A stretch of DNA of 57,352 bases, from IMG/VR virus record IMGVR_UViG_3300044960_000873, positions 1 to 57,352 of that record. One strand, 5' to 3'. Below the pieces are notes generated by a model. The model was not told where the DNA came from and searched no databases. It saw nothing but the letters and a program-made list of their open reading frames with translations. This DNA comes from a virus (lineage: Duplodnaviria; Caudoviricetes). How positions within the stretch are numbered: position 1 is the stretch's first letter; every line of letters starts with the position of its first letter. The position numbers were made by a program, and so were the translations under genes. Shown here in pieces: positions 46,566 to 56,633 of the stretch.

Positions 46566-47849
46566 TTACTGCGAACCCGGCAGGCGCACCAATGTCGCCC
46601 GTCCAAATCCCAACGGCACGTCGCTGCCGTCGTCGTCGCGCCAGATATCCCAGGCGTAATCGCTGCCTGCCGCCAGATTCGCCGGCCACGCCGTGTCCGC
46701 GATGGTCATGTCCACGATCCGGTTTGCCGCGTCATTGATCGTCACCGCTGGGGAGAGCACTGTCTGTGCCGGATTCGACCGCCGCGCGATTTCGCTCCGG
46801 AACGTTTGCCCCGCAATGCTCCCCGTGCCCTGGATCGTCATCCGCACTACCTGGTCGCTGCCGATGTACAGCGTGATGTCCGTCTCGACCGGCATGTCAT
46901 CATCTCCCATCACCGCAATGACTGCATCATTCCGCCCCGTCACCGCCACGATGCGGTCATCCCGGCCGCTCACCAGTACCAGCGCGTCGTCGCGCCCCGC
47001 CACGTGAATGACGCGCGGATCGCCCGGCGGCGGCGTCGATACCGAGCCGTCCGCCCGTACTTCGCATCCGCCGCTGAGCACGCCCGGAGCGCCTGTGCCA
47101 GCGAACGCCGCCGCACTGGCCACGCCGCCGGCCGCCAGCAGCGCCGCCGCGCTCGTCCCCAGTGTGGCCTCGGCCAGCAGCCGGTCTGCTCCATCCAGCC
47201 GCCCCGTGCCGCTCGTCCCCAGCGCCCCAGCGCCGGCCGTGCTCACATGCGCGACGGCACTGCCCGCAGCCAGGACATCCGCGCCAGCGTGCCCGGACAG
47301 CGATGCGCCGCCGGCCAGCAGCCCGTCCCCGAGCACCTCGTTGCCGCCGGAGATCGTCCCGTCGCCGGCTAGCGCCCCCGCGCTGGTGACCAGCGCCGCG
47401 CCCGTCGTCCCCAGCGCCCCAGCGCCGGAGAGCGCCGGCCGCTCCGCAATCAGGCCGTCGGCGACGACGCCCACCGCCGGCTGCGCCGTGGCCAGCGCGC
47501 CGACCGCGACGACCCCGCTGGCCACCACCTCGGGCGTCGCCGTCGCCGCAATCTGCCCCGTCGCCAGCGTCAGTCCCGCGCCGGGAATATCCGCCGCGCC
47601 AGCCGCCGTCAGCGTCGCCGCGCTCCCGAGCGCGCCTGGGGAAACCGTCTCGACCAGCGCTGCTGTCGCAAGCTGCCCCGTGGCGCTGACCGGAGCGCTG
47701 CCGGCCATCTCCAGCGTCGCCGCGCCAGCCAGATTCGGCGTCGCGCTCAGCAGCCCATCGCCGAATATCTCACCAGCCCCAGGCGCCGCCGATGGCAGGA
47801 ATCGCCGCCGCCGGCGCGGGCGATAAATTGTCCGTCGCCACGCCGGCAC
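46566..47849 (-). CDS. Ala/Gly-rich virion fibre-like protein with C-terminal beta domain
   Basis: Low-complexity repeats; position in the second structural cluster. Confidence 0.55.
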   Translation of the reverse strand: MPAWRRTIYRPRRRRRFLPSAAPGAGEIFGDGLLSATPNLAGAATLEMAGSAPVSATGQLATAALVETVSPGALGSAATLTAAGAADIPGAGLTLATGQIAATATPEVVASGVVAVGALATAQPAVGVVADGLIAERPALSGAGALGTTGAALVTSAGALAGDGTISGGNEVLGDGLLAGGASLSGHAGADVLAAGSAVAHVSTAGAGALGTSGTGRLDGADRLLAEATLGTSAAALLAAGGVASAAAFAGTGAPGVLSGGCEVRADGSVSTPPPGDPRVIHVAGRDDALVLVSGRDDRIVAVTGRNDAVIAVMGDDDMPVETDITLYIGSDQVVRMTIQGTGSIAGQTFRSEIARRSNPAQTVLSPAVTINDAANRIVDMTIADTAWPANLAAGSDYAWDIWRDDDGSDVPLGFGRATLVRLPGSQ

Positions 47850-47857
47850 GGGCTATT

Positions 47858-48349
47858 TCACTCCTCCTCGATCCAAAACGTCAGTTGCACGGTGATGTCG
47901 TCCGCCGGCGTCGTTTGCGAGCGCACGATCAGCGCTTCCCCCTGTTTCGCTTTCGGCGCGAACGCCGGGTCGGGAAACCAGAGGTCGAGCGGCGACAACC
48001 GGATATTCCAGCCGAATTCGGCCAGCGTCACCGCCGTGCCGGTCGTCGTCGCGACGGTCGCGTTGTTGCACTCGGCCGCGACGCCGGCCGCCGCGTCGGC
48101 GCTGTCCACCGGCGCGGGCGTCACCGCCGAGCCGCCCGAGCCGCTCGTCACCGTGGCCGGCAAGCGCAGGATGCTGATACGCAGCCCCTCCTCCGCCGCG
48201 TCGGCCACCTCGCTGATCTGCGAAAGCATGATCCCCCGCAACCTGACGGGTTTGTCATCCGCCGGCAGCAGCTCCAGCAGGTCGGCGTCGCCGCCGGCCG
48301 TGGCCAATGTGCCCTGATAGGCAACGGAGTAAATACGTCCCATACCCAA
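47858..48349 (-). CDS. Virion structural protein
   Basis: Beta-rich; coupled within the cluster. Confidence 0.55.
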   Translation of the reverse strand: MGMGRIYSVAYQGTLATAGGDADLLELLPADDKPVRLRGIMLSQISEVADAAEEGLRISILRLPATVTSGSGGSAVTPAPVDSADAAAGVAAECNNATVATTTGTAVTLAEFGWNIRLSPLDLWFPDPAFAPKAKQGEALIVRSQTTPADDITVQLTFWIEEE

Positions 48350-49496
48350 TGCTCCTGATCCACACGCGCGTAGCCCGCCGCCGGATTGGCAGCGACGCAG
48401 CAGCCGCGCCAGTCGCCGTCGGACAGACCAGCGTGATCCACGACACGCGCAGCGTCGTGCTCGCGCCTGTTCCGGTCGCGTTGCACGTCACCCGCACCCG
48501 CAGGTTGCTGTAGTCCGTGATCGCCGCCGCCTCGCTCGTTGTCAGTCGGTAGCCGAGCAGCTGCCAGGCGGTCGTCGCGCTGGTGATGTTGCTCACCGTG
48601 CGCGTGGCGATCTGCGTCGTCCCCTGGTACACCTCGATCTGCAGCGACAGCGTACGCCCGCCGGAGACGAACTGCGCGTACACCATGACCACGTGGTCGT
48701 CATCCACGCTGGGCGCCGAGAGACTTCCCAGCGCCACCTCGAACGCTGCGTTGTTCGGGTTGCCCGGCGTCGTCACGTAGGTCGTCGTGTCGATCGCCGT
48801 CGCCGCCTCGTCCAGCGCCTCGTGCACCGTCGAGGCCCCCGTGATCGTCCACGACCCGGAGTTCGAGACGGTCGAGGTCGGCAGCGCGTGCTGCAGGTCC
48901 CCGGCCGTCCAGTCGTCCCCGCGCATGCTCTGGTTGCCGACGCCCCCGTCCCAGGCAGCCACTCCTGGCTGGCCGCTGGTCAGGTTGCCATCGACGACCC
49001 CGTATTCGCGCTGCTCAGCCACATCTCGCGCATACAATTCGCCGGTGAGCAGCGGTAACAGCGCCTGTCCCACGACGTACAACGCGATGTCGTCGCTCGT
49101 CGTCAGGTCAGGCGGCGTGGCAAATCCCGTGCCTGTATTGCTCAGCTCGCTGAATGTGCCCGAGTGTCGGAACGTCCAGGCGGCGTTGCCGTTGCCCTGG
49201 ACGTAAAACCCGTAATACGCGCTGCTGCCCGCCGCGCCCATGCGCACGCCCACGCCGAGGCCAGAATCCTGCGCTGCCACGCTGGCGAACCGCAGCCGCG
49301 CAAAATGGTTGGCGCTGAACGATGCGGACGACGTTTTCCAGCGCGCGCCAACGTCGTCGTTGGTCGTTCCGTCCCAGGTCAGCCCGTTCGACTGCACCTG
49401 GAGGTCGGAACCGCTGCCGCGCACGTACTCCCAATTGGCCAGCGAAGAAATCGCCGTGCCGTTAGCGGCCGTGAAATTCTCGCTGGCCGTGGCCAT
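48255..49496 (-). CDS. Lectin/beta-sandwich-like virion or adsorption protein
   Basis: Ser/Thr/Gly-rich beta-strand composition. Confidence 0.55.
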   Translation of the reverse strand: MATASENFTAANGTAISSLANWEYVRGSGSDLQVQSNGLTWDGTTNDDVGARWKTSSASFSANHFARLRFASVAAQDSGLGVGVRMGAAGSSAYYGFYVQGNGNAAWTFRHSGTFSELSNTGTGFATPPDLTTSDDIALYVVGQALLPLLTGELYARDVAEQREYGVVDGNLTSGQPGVAAWDGGVGNQSMRGDDWTAGDLQHALPTSTVSNSGSWTITGASTVHEALDEAATAIDTTTYVTTPGNPNNAAFEVALGSLSAPSVDDDHVVMVYAQFVSGGRTLSLQIEVYQGTTQIATRTVSNITSATTAWQLLGYRLTTSEAAAITDYSNLRVRVTCNATGTGASTTLRVSWITLVCPTATGAAAASLPIRRRATRVWIRSIGYGTYLLRCLSGHIGHGRRRRRPAGAAAGG

Positions 49497-49497
49497 C

Positions 49498-50418
49498 TCA
49501 GTTCACGGGTTCCACGCTGCCGCCGGTCTCATATTCCCGGCTCTGCACCAGGAACGAAAGCCGGCGCACGCCGAACTCGTTGCGGCAGTTGTCCTGCAGC
49601 GCCTGCGGCAGTCCCCCACACGGGATGATCCAATCCACCGTCCGGAACGAACCGTCGCCGCCCAGCACGGAGCCGTCGAACCGTTGGTAGCGCTGGCACA
49701 TCGTCCAGCCCACGTCGACTACCCCGCCAGGCACGTCGTACCACGTCTCGCAGCCGTCGCTCGGGCTACGCTCACCCAGCGCGATCGGCCGCTCACCGGT
49801 ATCGCTCGTGCGCTCCGGGATCGGCGCGGTACACGGTTCGGCGAAACAGAGCACGCCCTCCCAGTACCACACCTGGCCACTCTCGGGGTCGCGTAGCCAT
49901 AACTGGTAATCGTGATCGCCGTGCATCCGCGCCATCTCCGTGCTGACGATGTGGGCGATCAGGTAGGACTGGGCCCCGCCTGGGGAGACGTCATACGCGC
50001 CTTTGTAGCCGGTGTGCGATTCGCGGGTTTGGGTAAACGGCGGATGCTCCGACGCCAGCACCCAGGCGGGCGGCGCGTCGCCGTGCTCGTGCGCGTTCAG
50101 CCCGTCATGGCTGGCCGGGCCGTGCCAGCCGAGCGTCACCCCAGGCGTAGGCATCGCGTGCGTGGCCGTCGCGGTTGCGGTCGGCTCCGACGTGGCCGTG
50201 GCCGGCAGCGGCCGGCAGGTCACCTCCCACGAGCCCGGCTCCTGCTGGTACGCCAGTTCTTCGAACGCCGTCTCGCAGGTGATCGTGTACGTTTCGCCCG
50301 GGGTCAACGCGATATGCCCCGGCGCGTGCTCCGCGCCTGATGTCAGCGCCAGCGCCGGCAGCGCGACCGCCGCCGTGGCCAGCGCCAGGCCCAATGTCCA
50401 TCGTCGTCGGTCGCGCAT
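49498..50418 (-). CDS. Secreted Cys/His-rich protein
   Basis: Signal peptide MRDRRRWTLGLALATAAVALPALA; Thr/Ala linker; HEHGDAPP. Confidence 0.65.
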   Translation of the reverse strand: MRDRRRWTLGLALATAAVALPALALTSGAEHAPGHIALTPGETYTITCETAFEELAYQQEPGSWEVTCRPLPATATSEPTATATATHAMPTPGVTLGWHGPASHDGLNAHEHGDAPPAWVLASEHPPFTQTRESHTGYKGAYDVSPGGAQSYLIAHIVSTEMARMHGDHDYQLWLRDPESGQVWYWEGVLCFAEPCTAPIPERTSDTGERPIALGERSPSDGCETWYDVPGGVVDVGWTMCQRYQRFDGSVLGGDGSFRTVDWIIPCGGLPQALQDNCRNEFGVRRLSFLVQSREYETGGSVEPVN

Positions 50419-50435
50419 GTAACTCCTCCAGTCGG

Positions 50436-51050
50436 CTAAGCGAACACGATGTCGAGGTCACCGTCGGCGATGGTGAACGTGTCGCCAGCGTTACACGTTT
50501 TCGCGTTGATGAACCGCACCACGCCCGATCCGTTGCTGGTGATGTCGATCGCCGCACCGCCCGACGTGGCCGCTAATTTGAACGTATTCGTCGTGCTATC
50601 CCGCACGAAATAGATCGTGTTCACGCTCACCCCAGCGGGCAACGTTGCGCCGCTGGGGGCCTCCAGTTCCACGCGGTTCCCGTCGGCCAGCCCGTGGCTG
50701 GGGGCCGTGAACACGTCTGTCGCGGCATCGGCCGTGAACACGTCCGCCGCGCCGCCCAGCGGCGCGCTGCCATAAAACGTCCCCGCCGTCGCCGCGCTCC
50801 ACAGCCCGATGTGTGTGATCGGGTTCGAACTCGTCTGCTCCGGCAGCCCGGTGAACTGCTCCTGCGCCGCGTTCTGCGTCGCGCCGCTCGCCGCCGCGTC
50901 GTACGCGCAGGCCTGCCGGGCATAACTCCCGCCGCTCAGCTCATTCACGCCGGTCGTCCCCGGGTGCCCAGCGTGCAGCGAGATATGCGTCGCCGCGGCT
51001 GTAATCGCGTCGATGCCGATGTTTTTCGCCGCGTTGGTCAATCCCGCCAT
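50436..51050 (-). CDS. Phage tail/structural protein
   Basis: ISLH...GVNELSGGSYARQ...THIGLWSAATAGTF motif common in actinobacterial-type phage tail genes. Confidence 0.7.
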   Translation of the reverse strand: MAGLTNAAKNIGIDAITAAATHISLHAGHPGTTGVNELSGGSYARQACAYDAAASGATQNAAQEQFTGLPEQTSSNPITHIGLWSAATAGTFYGSAPLGGAADVFTADAATDVFTAPSHGLADGNRVELEAPSGATLPAGVSVNTIYFVRDSTTNTFKLAATSGGAAIDITSNGSGVVRFINAKTCNAGDTFTIADGDLDIVFA

Positions 51051-51346
51051 CGCTCTGCTCCTGTCTGCTCCACCCACTCCGTGCACTCGCGCAGCCCGCG
51101 CTCAGCCACCCCCTCAATGCGCAGCAGCCGTGCGATGATTGCCGCCCGCACGCTCCCCCGCGTGTTTTCCATGCCGATCCGCCGCGTCATCAGCGTCACC
51201 TGATTCTTCACCGTCCGTTCGGTGATGTACAGCGCCTCGGCGATCTCCGCGTTTGTCCGCCCCGCCAGTATCAGCCAGGCCACCTGCCGCTGGCGCGGCG
51301 ACAGCCGATAACGGCGCATGCCGGCATCGGCCACGCTCTCCACCAC
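51038..51346 (-). CDS. LuxR-type HTH regulator
   Basis: LSPRQRQVAWLILAGRTNAEIAEALYITERTVKNQV. Confidence 0.88.
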   Translation of the reverse strand: MVESVADAGMRRYRLSPRQRQVAWLILAGRTNAEIAEALYITERTVKNQVTLMTRRIGMENTRGSVRAAIIARLLRIEGVAERGLRECTEWVEQTGAERWRD

Positions 51347-51359
51347 CTCCAGCCACCGG

Positions 51360-51524
51360 CTAGCCACGCAGCCTCCGCAGGATGCTGAACGCTCCGCCGA
51401 ACCACGCGCCGCCGGCTGCCGCTCCCGTCGCCAGCGCCGCCGACGGGTCATTCGCCAAGATGTACGAGAGCGCAGCGGCGAGTACCGCCATCACCAGCCC
51501 CCATATCCATTGCCGCATGGTCAT
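51360..51524 (-). CDS. Small two-TM membrane protein
   Basis: Hydrophobic; GGAGG RBS. Confidence 0.55.
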   Translation of the reverse strand: MTMRQWIWGLVMAVLAAALSYILANDPSAALATGAAAGGAWFGGAFSILRRLRG

Positions 51525-51826
51525 GTGTCGCCTCCGTTCAGCAAGCCGCGCGGTTTCGCATCGCCCGTCTTCTTCGCTGTCACGCTGGCCAACGTCGCCA
51601 GCGCCAAGCCCAACATGCCCCACTGCTGCCATTCCGCCCACGACCACACTGGCCACGGCGGATCGGCCAGCGTCACCAGCGCGAACGCGACCGGGTAGTT
51701 GAGCCAGTCGAACAACCGGTCGGCCCGGCTGCCGGCCCGGGTCAGCCGGCGCAACTGCGCCATAATCACCATTTGCACCGATAGCGCCGTCACTCCGCCG
51801 ATGGTGATCGTCGCCGCGTCAGTCAT
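51521..51826 (-). CDS. Holin-like membrane protein
   Basis: Three hydrophobic segments near the endolysin. Confidence 0.55.
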   Translation of the reverse strand: MTDAATITIGGVTALSVQMVIMAQLRRLTRAGSRADRLFDWLNYPVAFALVTLADPPWPVWSWAEWQQWGMLGLALATLASVTAKKTGDAKPRGLLNGGDT

Positions 51827-52046
51827 CCCGCAACGCCCCCCGGGCATACAGCCAGCGCCAGAACAGGAGCCGCCGCGGCGATACGCCGTATTCTTCCTGG
51901 ATCAGCCGGTCGCGGTGCTCCTCCAGCCACAGCACCGTGCGGACGCCGAGCACCGCGTGCACCGCTCCGTCGTCGTACACCCGCCGTGGCATCTGCGCGC
52001 CGTCGTCCTCGTCTCCCGGGTCGCGGCCGGTCGCCTCGCACATCAC
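51819..52046 (-). CDS. Hypothetical protein
   Basis: Coupled ORF. Confidence 0.45.
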   Translation of the reverse strand: MMCEATGRDPGDEDDGAQMPRRVYDDGAVHAVLGVRTVLWLEEHRDRLIQEEYGVSPRRLLFWRWLYARGALRDD

Positions 52047-52276
52047 CCCTGCTCCGCCAGCGCCAGATAGGCTCGATGCAGCGCGTGCAGATCGCGGCCA
52101 GGCGGGCAGAGCAGCGCCAGCCAGCTATCGCTCTCTCGCCGCATCCACATGAGCGCCTCGGCCCGCAACAGGCTGTTCCGCCGCTGCCGCGCGTCCGCGC
52201 ACGCCTGGAGCAACACCGCCGCCGCCAGCCGTTGCGCGGGCTCGGACGGCGTGGTCGCGATCAGCCCCATGCCCAT
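52043..52276 (-). CDS. Hypothetical protein
   Basis: RLAAAVLLQACADA; start uncertain. Confidence 0.45.
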   Translation of the reverse strand: MGMGLIATTPSEPAQRLAAAVLLQACADARQRRNSLLRAEALMWMRRESDSWLALLCPPGRDLHALHRAYLALAEQG

Positions 52277-52308
52277 CGCTGGCGACGGCCAACTGCCAAC
52301 CCGACGCC

Positions 52309-52620
52309 TCATGCCCCCACCAGGCGTGGCGGCGGGATCGGATCGTCCTCGCGCACCTGCACGATGTCCCATGGCGGAGCAACCCCAGGCGTCCACTGCA
52401 ACACCGCTCTCTCGAATCGCTGGTACACCAGCCCGTCCTGCCCCAGGAACTCCGCCTCCAGCGGGTACCCGAACACGCTGAGGATGCCCGCGTTCACGTC
52501 CGCTGGATACCGCGCGCTCCCCAGATCAATCACGTATTGCCGGAAACCACCGGTGATCGGCACCGGCCAATCGCCCCCATCCGCCGCCGTCAGATACAAC
52601 GTCCCGTTCTCGTCCCGCAT
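52309..52620 (-). CDS. Stand-alone copy of the endolysin C-terminal repeat domain
   Basis: GYPLEAE...YQRFER..LQWTP...PPWDIV shared with the endolysin. Confidence 0.75.
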   Translation of the reverse strand: MRDENGTLYLTAADGGDWPVPITGGFRQYVIDLGSARYPADVNAGILSVFGYPLEAEFLGQDGLVYQRFERAVLQWTPGVAPPWDIVQVREDDPIPPPRLVGA

Positions 52621-52623
52621 GTA

Positions 52624-54024
52624 CTACTCCAATTCCGCTCGCGCCGGCAGCGACGCGCTGCACGGCAATACCACGATGTCCCATGGCGGAGCCTGATCCG
52701 GCGTCCATTGGAGCGTCAGCCGCTCGAACCGCTGATACGTGAGCCCATCCGCGCCGCGCCACTCCGCCTCCAGCGGATACCCCGTCACGCTCAGCATCGC
52801 CGCGTTTTGGTCGTCCCCGCCCCGCGCCCGCCCCTGCGCCTCGACCCAGGCGCGGAACCCGGCGATCACCGGATGCGGGCAGCGCGTGCCATCGGCGTAC
52901 GTGAGGTACAGCGGTTCCGTCGCAGCAATTTCCCTCACCCGTGCCATCAGCGCATTCCACCCCACGCCGCCGTTCGCCCTCATCCGTGCCGGACAGTCCT
53001 TCCCGTCCCGCGCCCATTTATTGTGCTGGGCGACCCGTTCGGTTGATTTTTGGGGATGATGCGTTGCCAGCCATGCCACGAGCTGCGCGAGGTGTTCCCT
53101 CGTCTTCGCGTCGTCGCCGTCGCTGTTGATGCACGTCTCAATGCTGGTGCTACTGTTGCCAGGCCCGTCCGCGCCGTCGCTCGCCTGCCAGGTGCGTTCC
53201 TCCAACGGCACAAGCCAGACGATCTCGCTGTCATCCACGACGAACGTAAACGACACGCCGGGATTGCCCGGACTCGCGCCACCGCCGTTGTGGGTGAACC
53301 GCCGGTGCATCTCCGCGTTCGCCCCCGGAGATGGGTTGCCCGTCTCGTGCACGGTGATCCACTGCGCGCCTTCAGGCGTCACCGGCAGCCCAGGCCGGTT
53401 GCTATTGCCGGCCGGGATGAACGATTTCCGGACGGGTATTCCGTTGATGTTGTCCGGCATCTCGAATGCCATCGGCCCAACCTCCACCGTGAGCAGCTGA
53501 TTCGCCAGCCGCGCGATGCCTGCCCCGTAGCCGATGCCGGGGTATGCCCATTTACCGTCCAGATCGCGCAGTACGCGCACCGAACCGCGCCAGGCTGGCG
53601 GCGTCGCCGCATACCTCGGGTCGTCCGCCGTCCACGGTCCTTCGCCCCGTGCATAGGTCGCCAGATGCGCCATATGCGCCCGGATACCCTCGGCCGGCGT
53701 GGCGAACCGTAACGCGGCGTCCGGATTGTTGTTCACCGCTCCTAGCCCGCCGGGGTTGTTGCGTTCCCGTGCAAATCGCGACTGCCACGCCGCCGTTTCG
53801 TGCAGGATCTGCGCCGCCGCCAGGTCATGGTTGATGCCCAGCCGCCGCGCCTCGGTGACGATCGCCGCGCCGATGCCCGCCGGAGCCGGCCAGTACTGCC
53901 CATCCGGCGCGTAGCGCGCGGCATACCCCGGCCCCCGCTGGGCAAACCAGCGTTCGATCTGCGCCGCGCTCGCCGTCCCGTCCCCCAGCACCGGCGTCTC
54001 CGCGTCGTACCGCGCCATCAGCAT
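52624..54024 (-). CDS. Endolysin: glucosaminidase (GH73-like) + amidase_2 + cell-wall-binding domain
   Basis: AQILHET...NNPGGLG; ITVHETGN, SIETC, QHNKW...KDCP. Confidence 0.9.
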   Translation of the reverse strand: MLMARYDAETPVLGDGTASAAQIERWFAQRGPGYAARYAPDGQYWPAPAGIGAAIVTEARRLGINHDLAAAQILHETAAWQSRFARERNNPGGLGAVNNNPDAALRFATPAEGIRAHMAHLATYARGEGPWTADDPRYAATPPAWRGSVRVLRDLDGKWAYPGIGYGAGIARLANQLLTVEVGPMAFEMPDNINGIPVRKSFIPAGNSNRPGLPVTPEGAQWITVHETGNPSPGANAEMHRRFTHNGGGASPGNPGVSFTFVVDDSEIVWLVPLEERTWQASDGADGPGNSSTSIETCINSDGDDAKTREHLAQLVAWLATHHPQKSTERVAQHNKWARDGKDCPARMRANGGVGWNALMARVREIAATEPLYLTYADGTRCPHPVIAGFRAWVEAQGRARGGDDQNAAMLSVTGYPLEAEWRGADGLTYQRFERLTLQWTPDQAPPWDIVVLPCSASLPARAELE

Positions 54025-54320
54025 CTGTTCCGCTTTCGCTGGTCAAACTCCACCAACGTCGCGTAGGTGGTGCTCACCAGCAACACCGCCAATTGCGCCG
54101 CGATCAGCCCCTCGTTCGTCACCACGCGTCCCACGATCCCCAGGCCAATCCCGTTCAGATCGAACCAGCGCAGGCTGATGCGCAGAACCAGCAGCGCCCA
54201 CAGCCCAGTGACCAGCGCCTCGGCCGGCCGGCCGGCCGTCCAACGCATCCATGCCAGCGTCAGCAGCGTCACCGTCAATGCAGCGTATAACCCGCCGATG
54301 ACCACGATTAGGACAACCAT
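54018..54320 (-). CDS. Holin-like membrane protein
   Basis: Three TM segments, directly upstream of the endolysin. Confidence 0.6.
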   Translation of the reverse strand: MVVLIVVIGGLYAALTVTLLTLAWMRWTAGRPAEALVTGLWALLVLRISLRWFDLNGIGLGIVGRVVTNEGLIAAQLAVLLVSTTYATLVEFDQRKRNRC

Positions 54321-54625
54321 CGCTGTACCAAAACGAACAACGACGCACCTAATGCTCCCGCAAACGCCAGGATGATCGCCCGCGCAAACCGGCGCGCCGT
54401 TTCCTCCAGCGCCCGCCAGTTCTCCGCCGCCCGCAGGTCCTCTTGCCGCTCGTCGCGTTGCGCCAGCATGCTGGGCAACGCCTCATGCAGCGCTGAGGTG
54501 ACAATCTCGCGCACGAGCATTGGCAGCGCCGATGTCGACGTCGCCACAGACCGCTCCAACGTCGTCACTCGCTCCTCCAGCCGCGCCAGCCGCGCCAGGA
54601 TTGGCGCGAGATCGTCACCACTCAT
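54308..54625 (-). CDS. Coiled-coil protein with C-terminal TM (XhlA-like lysis accessory)
   Basis: LARLEERVTTLE plus a hydrophobic tail. Confidence 0.55.
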   Translation of the reverse strand: MSGDDLAPILARLARLEERVTTLERSVATSTSALPMLVREIVTSALHEALPSMLAQRDERQEDLRAAENWRALEETARRFARAIILAFAGALGASLFVLVQRWLS

Positions 54626-54634
54626 GCATCCTGC

Positions 54635-54994
54635 CTACGTGTTCAGCGCCACCACGGCCCGGAACCAGGCGACCGCCGCCGCCGCATCCTCGCCCTGCTC
54701 CGTCGCCACCCGCGTGATCTGCCGCTCCATCAGGGTGACGAAACAGGTCAAGCGTCCGAAATACGCCGCCTTGCGGATCTCGCGGCGCAACACCGCGCTC
54801 GCGTCCTCCGGCGCGACCGTCTCATACGAGGCAACGACGTACTGCGCCAGAGCCGCGTATTCCCGCTGTGCGCCTGGGCTGACGGAGCACCGCTCATGCC
54901 GGCTGGGGTGCTTCACCCCCGCCAGCGCCGTCGCCGGCGCAGCAACCGCCGCTGCCATAGCCACCACCACCATTGCCAGGATCATCCGTCGCAT
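54635..54994 (-). CDS. Secreted hypothetical protein
   Basis: Signal peptide; GGAGG RBS. Confidence 0.6.
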   Translation of the reverse strand: MRRMILAMVVVAMAAAVAAPATALAGVKHPSRHERCSVSPGAQREYAALAQYVVASYETVAPEDASAVLRREIRKAAYFGRLTCFVTLMERQITRVATEQGEDAAAAVAWFRAVVALNT

Positions 54995-55003
54995 CGGTTC
55001 CTC

Positions 55004-55525
55004 CTATTGCCCACGCCGGCCCGCGCCGGCAGCTTCGAGCCGTTGTCGCGCGCGCGCCACCCGCGCGCTACTCCCAGCAATTGCGCTATTCGCATGCGCG
55101 CGCAGGTCCGCCAGTTTTTGCGCCCTCGTTCGTGTCGCGTCGCGCGCGAGCGCGATCAGTTCCTCCCGGTCCACCCAGCGGTACACTCGCGCATCGGTCT
55201 CCTCGTGCACCAGTTCCAGCAGCACGTGGTGGCCGGCCGACGGCATTGCAGCCAAGTCCTCCGCCGCGTCTTGATCCTTCAGCCGAACGTGCCGATCCCG
55301 GAACGTCTGCCCCCAGCGCTCCCGCTGCTCCGCCGCGAATAATTCCCGGTTATCCAACCCATCGTCCCGTGGCGCGTCGTCGGCGAGTTCGTAATTCACG
55401 CGCCACCCGGCCGGCGGGTTCAATTGCAATTCGCACAGCAGCAGATTCAGCGCTTGCGCATCCGCAGACCATGGCCGTTTCCCCGGCGGGTTCATTGCCC
55501 GTAACAGCCGTTCGCGCCGATCCAC
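55004..55525 (-). CDS. Hypothetical protein
   Basis: GTG start just after the tail gene stop. Confidence 0.5.
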   Translation of the reverse strand: MDRRERLLRAMNPPGKRPWSADAQALNLLLCELQLNPPAGWRVNYELADDAPRDDGLDNRELFAAEQRERWGQTFRDRHVRLKDQDAAEDLAAMPSAGHHVLLELVHEETDARVYRWVDREELIALARDATRTRAQKLADLRAHANSAIAGSSARVARARQRLEAAGAGRRGQ

Positions 55526-55526
55526 G

Positions 55527-56633
55527 TTAGTGCTCCCGCAACCACGTGTTATGCGCCCGCCGCTCATTCGCGCGCAGCCGCTGCCGAAAACTCCCTCGGG
55601 GCCGCGCCCCGGCATTACCCCCACTCGTCGCCCGCTCTGGAGGCGCTACCCGCACTCCCACCGCCGGCTCGATCGCCTGCATCTCCACCTGCATCAACTC
55701 GTTGTCATCCGAGAGTTGCCGTCGCAGCACCCGGCAGGTGTGGCGCCGCCCGCCGAATCCCACGCCGGGCAGGTACACCTGCGCGAACATCCCCTCGCGG
55801 ATATTCCACAACTCCGGTCCCACTCCACCCCGCACGGTTACTCGCGGATTCGTCCGGCGCAGCAACTCATCCCGCGCCGCCAGATACAGCGATGCGCCTG
55901 CTTCCGTCGTGATCGTCACCTGGGCTGGCCGGGACAACGTCGCTCCGCCGTCACTCAGGCTGTACCGCTCGGTCCCGCGTTTTACGACCACCTCCGCCGC
56001 CCAGTCATCCCCGCTCGATTGGTACACCCATTGCAGCAGGTTGCCGTCCGCGACCAGCGGAATTGCCAGCTGTCCCGGTCCCGCCAATGCCCCCATCCAG
56101 CGCACGTCGCCGTTTTCCGCATCGATCCACAACTCGCTCGTCGATTGCTCCATCAATTCCACCAGGATCGACCAGGCATCCTGCCCCGTGAACTGGTAAT
56201 TGCGCAGCGGCGCGTCCGAGCCGTCCGCGGGCAGGTAACGCGTGTTGAACCATCCAATCCCCGACAGCGCCTCGCGCAGCACCCGTCCTGCGATATAGCC
56301 CGGCGATGTCGGGTGCCGAAATATCGTCTCCCAGCGCATCACCCGACCCGAGAGAAGTACCCACGGCTGTCGCGCCGTGATCACCAACCGGTCCACGTCG
56401 AATTGCGGCTGATCGATAACCCCCACCCAACCGCCACATCCTCCCGCGCCGACGATCTCCAGCCAGCTCCCGCCCGCCGGATCGATATATGCCGCGCTGG
56501 CCGCCGGATCGGAGTAGGACAGCGTCACCGTGGCCATCCCTGGCTCCCCCAACGCGGCTATCGTCCATTCGCGTTGACACCACGCCTCCGCGTAAACCAT
56601 CGCCGCTCCACGCCGGAACACCACCGTCGCCAT
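55527..56633 (-). CDS. Tail hub/minor tail protein
   Basis: Follows the Dit-like gene with TGATG coupling. Confidence 0.65.
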   Translation of the reverse strand: MATVVFRRGAAMVYAEAWCQREWTIAALGEPGMATVTLSYSDPAASAAYIDPAGGSWLEIVGAGGCGGWVGVIDQPQFDVDRLVITARQPWVLLSGRVMRWETIFRHPTSPGYIAGRVLREALSGIGWFNTRYLPADGSDAPLRNYQFTGQDAWSILVELMEQSTSELWIDAENGDVRWMGALAGPGQLAIPLVADGNLLQWVYQSSGDDWAAEVVVKRGTERYSLSDGGATLSRPAQVTITTEAGASLYLAARDELLRRTNPRVTVRGGVGPELWNIREGMFAQVYLPGVGFGGRRHTCRVLRRQLSDDNELMQVEMQAIEPAVGVRVAPPERATSGGNAGARPRGSFRQRLRANERRAHNTWLREH

